Source: Amoebidium appalachense
Taxonomy: Eukaryota > Protista > Ichthyosporea
DNA: 64,000 bases
Assembly: GCA_963693365.1 (NCBI GenBank)
Contig: CAVNZM010000002.1
Span: 2,248,259-2,312,258 of the forward strand
Direction: 5' to 3'
Part shown: one piece after another, positions 63,040 to 64,000 of the stretch
Numbering within the stretch: the first letter of the stretch is position 1
Layout: each line of letters starts with the position of its first letter
Made by a program: the position numbers and the translations under genes
Notes under the pieces: generated by a model
The model's input: only the letters and a program-made list of their open reading frames with translations
What the model was told of the DNA's origin: nothing
Databases searched by the model: none

Positions 63040-63585
63040 GCCTCCGATGCACATCTCGGCACTGAGCAAGTGATGACGTCACCTCGTTCTCTCAATGTGC
63101 ATGCGTTCGAGTACTTGAAAACAAACAGGCGCCAGGGCCGAGGATTGTGTCGGGGTTCAACTTCAGCGCCAACAGCACATCCCTCAGACAGAACAGGCAC
63201 CACAGCCGCGGTATTGTCCGGGTATACCCAGCCCCTGTTCCTCCTTCCGCTTCTGGCACAAATTTAAATAAAAACTGAAACGAGAGAACCCCAGATTTCA
63301 ACTACTTCGTTTCGCATTCAGGGCACTCAGAGCAGTAGTCTGCCGCAGGCCAAGGTGTCAAGTCCTCCGGCCGCTTGTCAAAACCTTCGTTAAAAATCCT
63401 ACGCAAATCCTTGTCTGTAGAAACAATTTGAGTACCGACTATAAGAAAAAATCCTTGAAAGGGCATTAAGGGTGGGTGGCCGTTTAATAGAGTTGGAAGA
63501 AAACGCTTCTTACTCATAAGCTGCAAGTTCCTGACGGGAGGTCTATGGGAGATGCGGTGATTTCGGTCGAGGTTGGTGTTGACAT
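63040..63585 (-). pseudogene. Possible degraded or unresolved coding sequence with Cys-rich motifs
   Basis: Non-repetitive sequence. Two same-frame ORFs are separated by one TAG: ...DKDLRRIFNEGFDKRPEDLTPWPAADYCSECPECETK*LKSGVLSFQFLFKFV...LWCLFCLRDVLL. No family recognised. Confidence 0.25.
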
Positions 63586-64000
63586 TTTCCTATCTCAAAT
63601 TCAGGTGGTGGTGGTGTTGGTGGTGGTGGTGGTGAAGTTGGTGGTCGTTTGCGTGTGCGTGTGATTGTGCGTGTACATGTGGGTGGGCGGAAAGAAGGGG
63701 GAAGAAGTTGCGCTACGTGGCTTGAGCCGCTTGACTGCCAGCTGAGCCGGGTTTTTTAGCATGGTATACTTTTTGCTAAAATACTTGCATGATAAATTAC
63801 CAAACAAGCAATACAAAGGACCATTATATAAAATAATTTGGAGCATTAATGTTGTATTATGATTACAAACGCCTATCCCTTCAAGAGCACCGGGTTAGAC
63901 ATGTGACTTTTGACCATGGCTTATTTTTGTTATCTTTGTCATCTCTTACGTTTTACCATACAAATAAACTAGCTTCTTTCAGTTTTCTTGAACGCATCAT

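Noticed and set aside
63514-63585. Short minus-strand ORF ending C-S-L-TGA as a CxxU selenoprotein
   Set aside because: No sensible continuation after the TGA in that frame and no SECIS seen.

Overview
Eukaryotic nuclear DNA with intron-rich genes whose introns are packed with poly-G/poly-C runs and (CA)n/(TG)n/(GA)n microsatellites, so most entries in the ORF track are low-complexity artefacts. I reconstructed six spliced genes by hand from GT/GC-AG sites, phase consistency and recognisable protein motifs. They are: SCFD2-like (- strand, runs off the left edge); a ~1370-aa disordered protein with a C-terminal RGS domain; two tandem paralogous 7TM-RGS genes; DNA polymerase beta; and DUSP12/Yvh1. 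Between the 7TM-RGS paralogs lies an intact 1236-bp miniature LTR retrotransposon with apparently identical 467-bp LTRs, a GGGGT target-site duplication, a copia-type half-tRNAiMet PBS, a PPT and an RNase H remnant. The least explained object is a ~220-235-nt dispersed element present twice (POLB last intron; 3' of DUSP12). Its two diverged copies show compensatory changes supporting a pseudoknotted RNA fold and carry hammerhead-like words. An animal-like Pol beta together with 7TM-RGS suggests a unicellular holozoan such as an ichthyosporean, but this is weak inference. Homology calls are from memory of the families; no searches were run.
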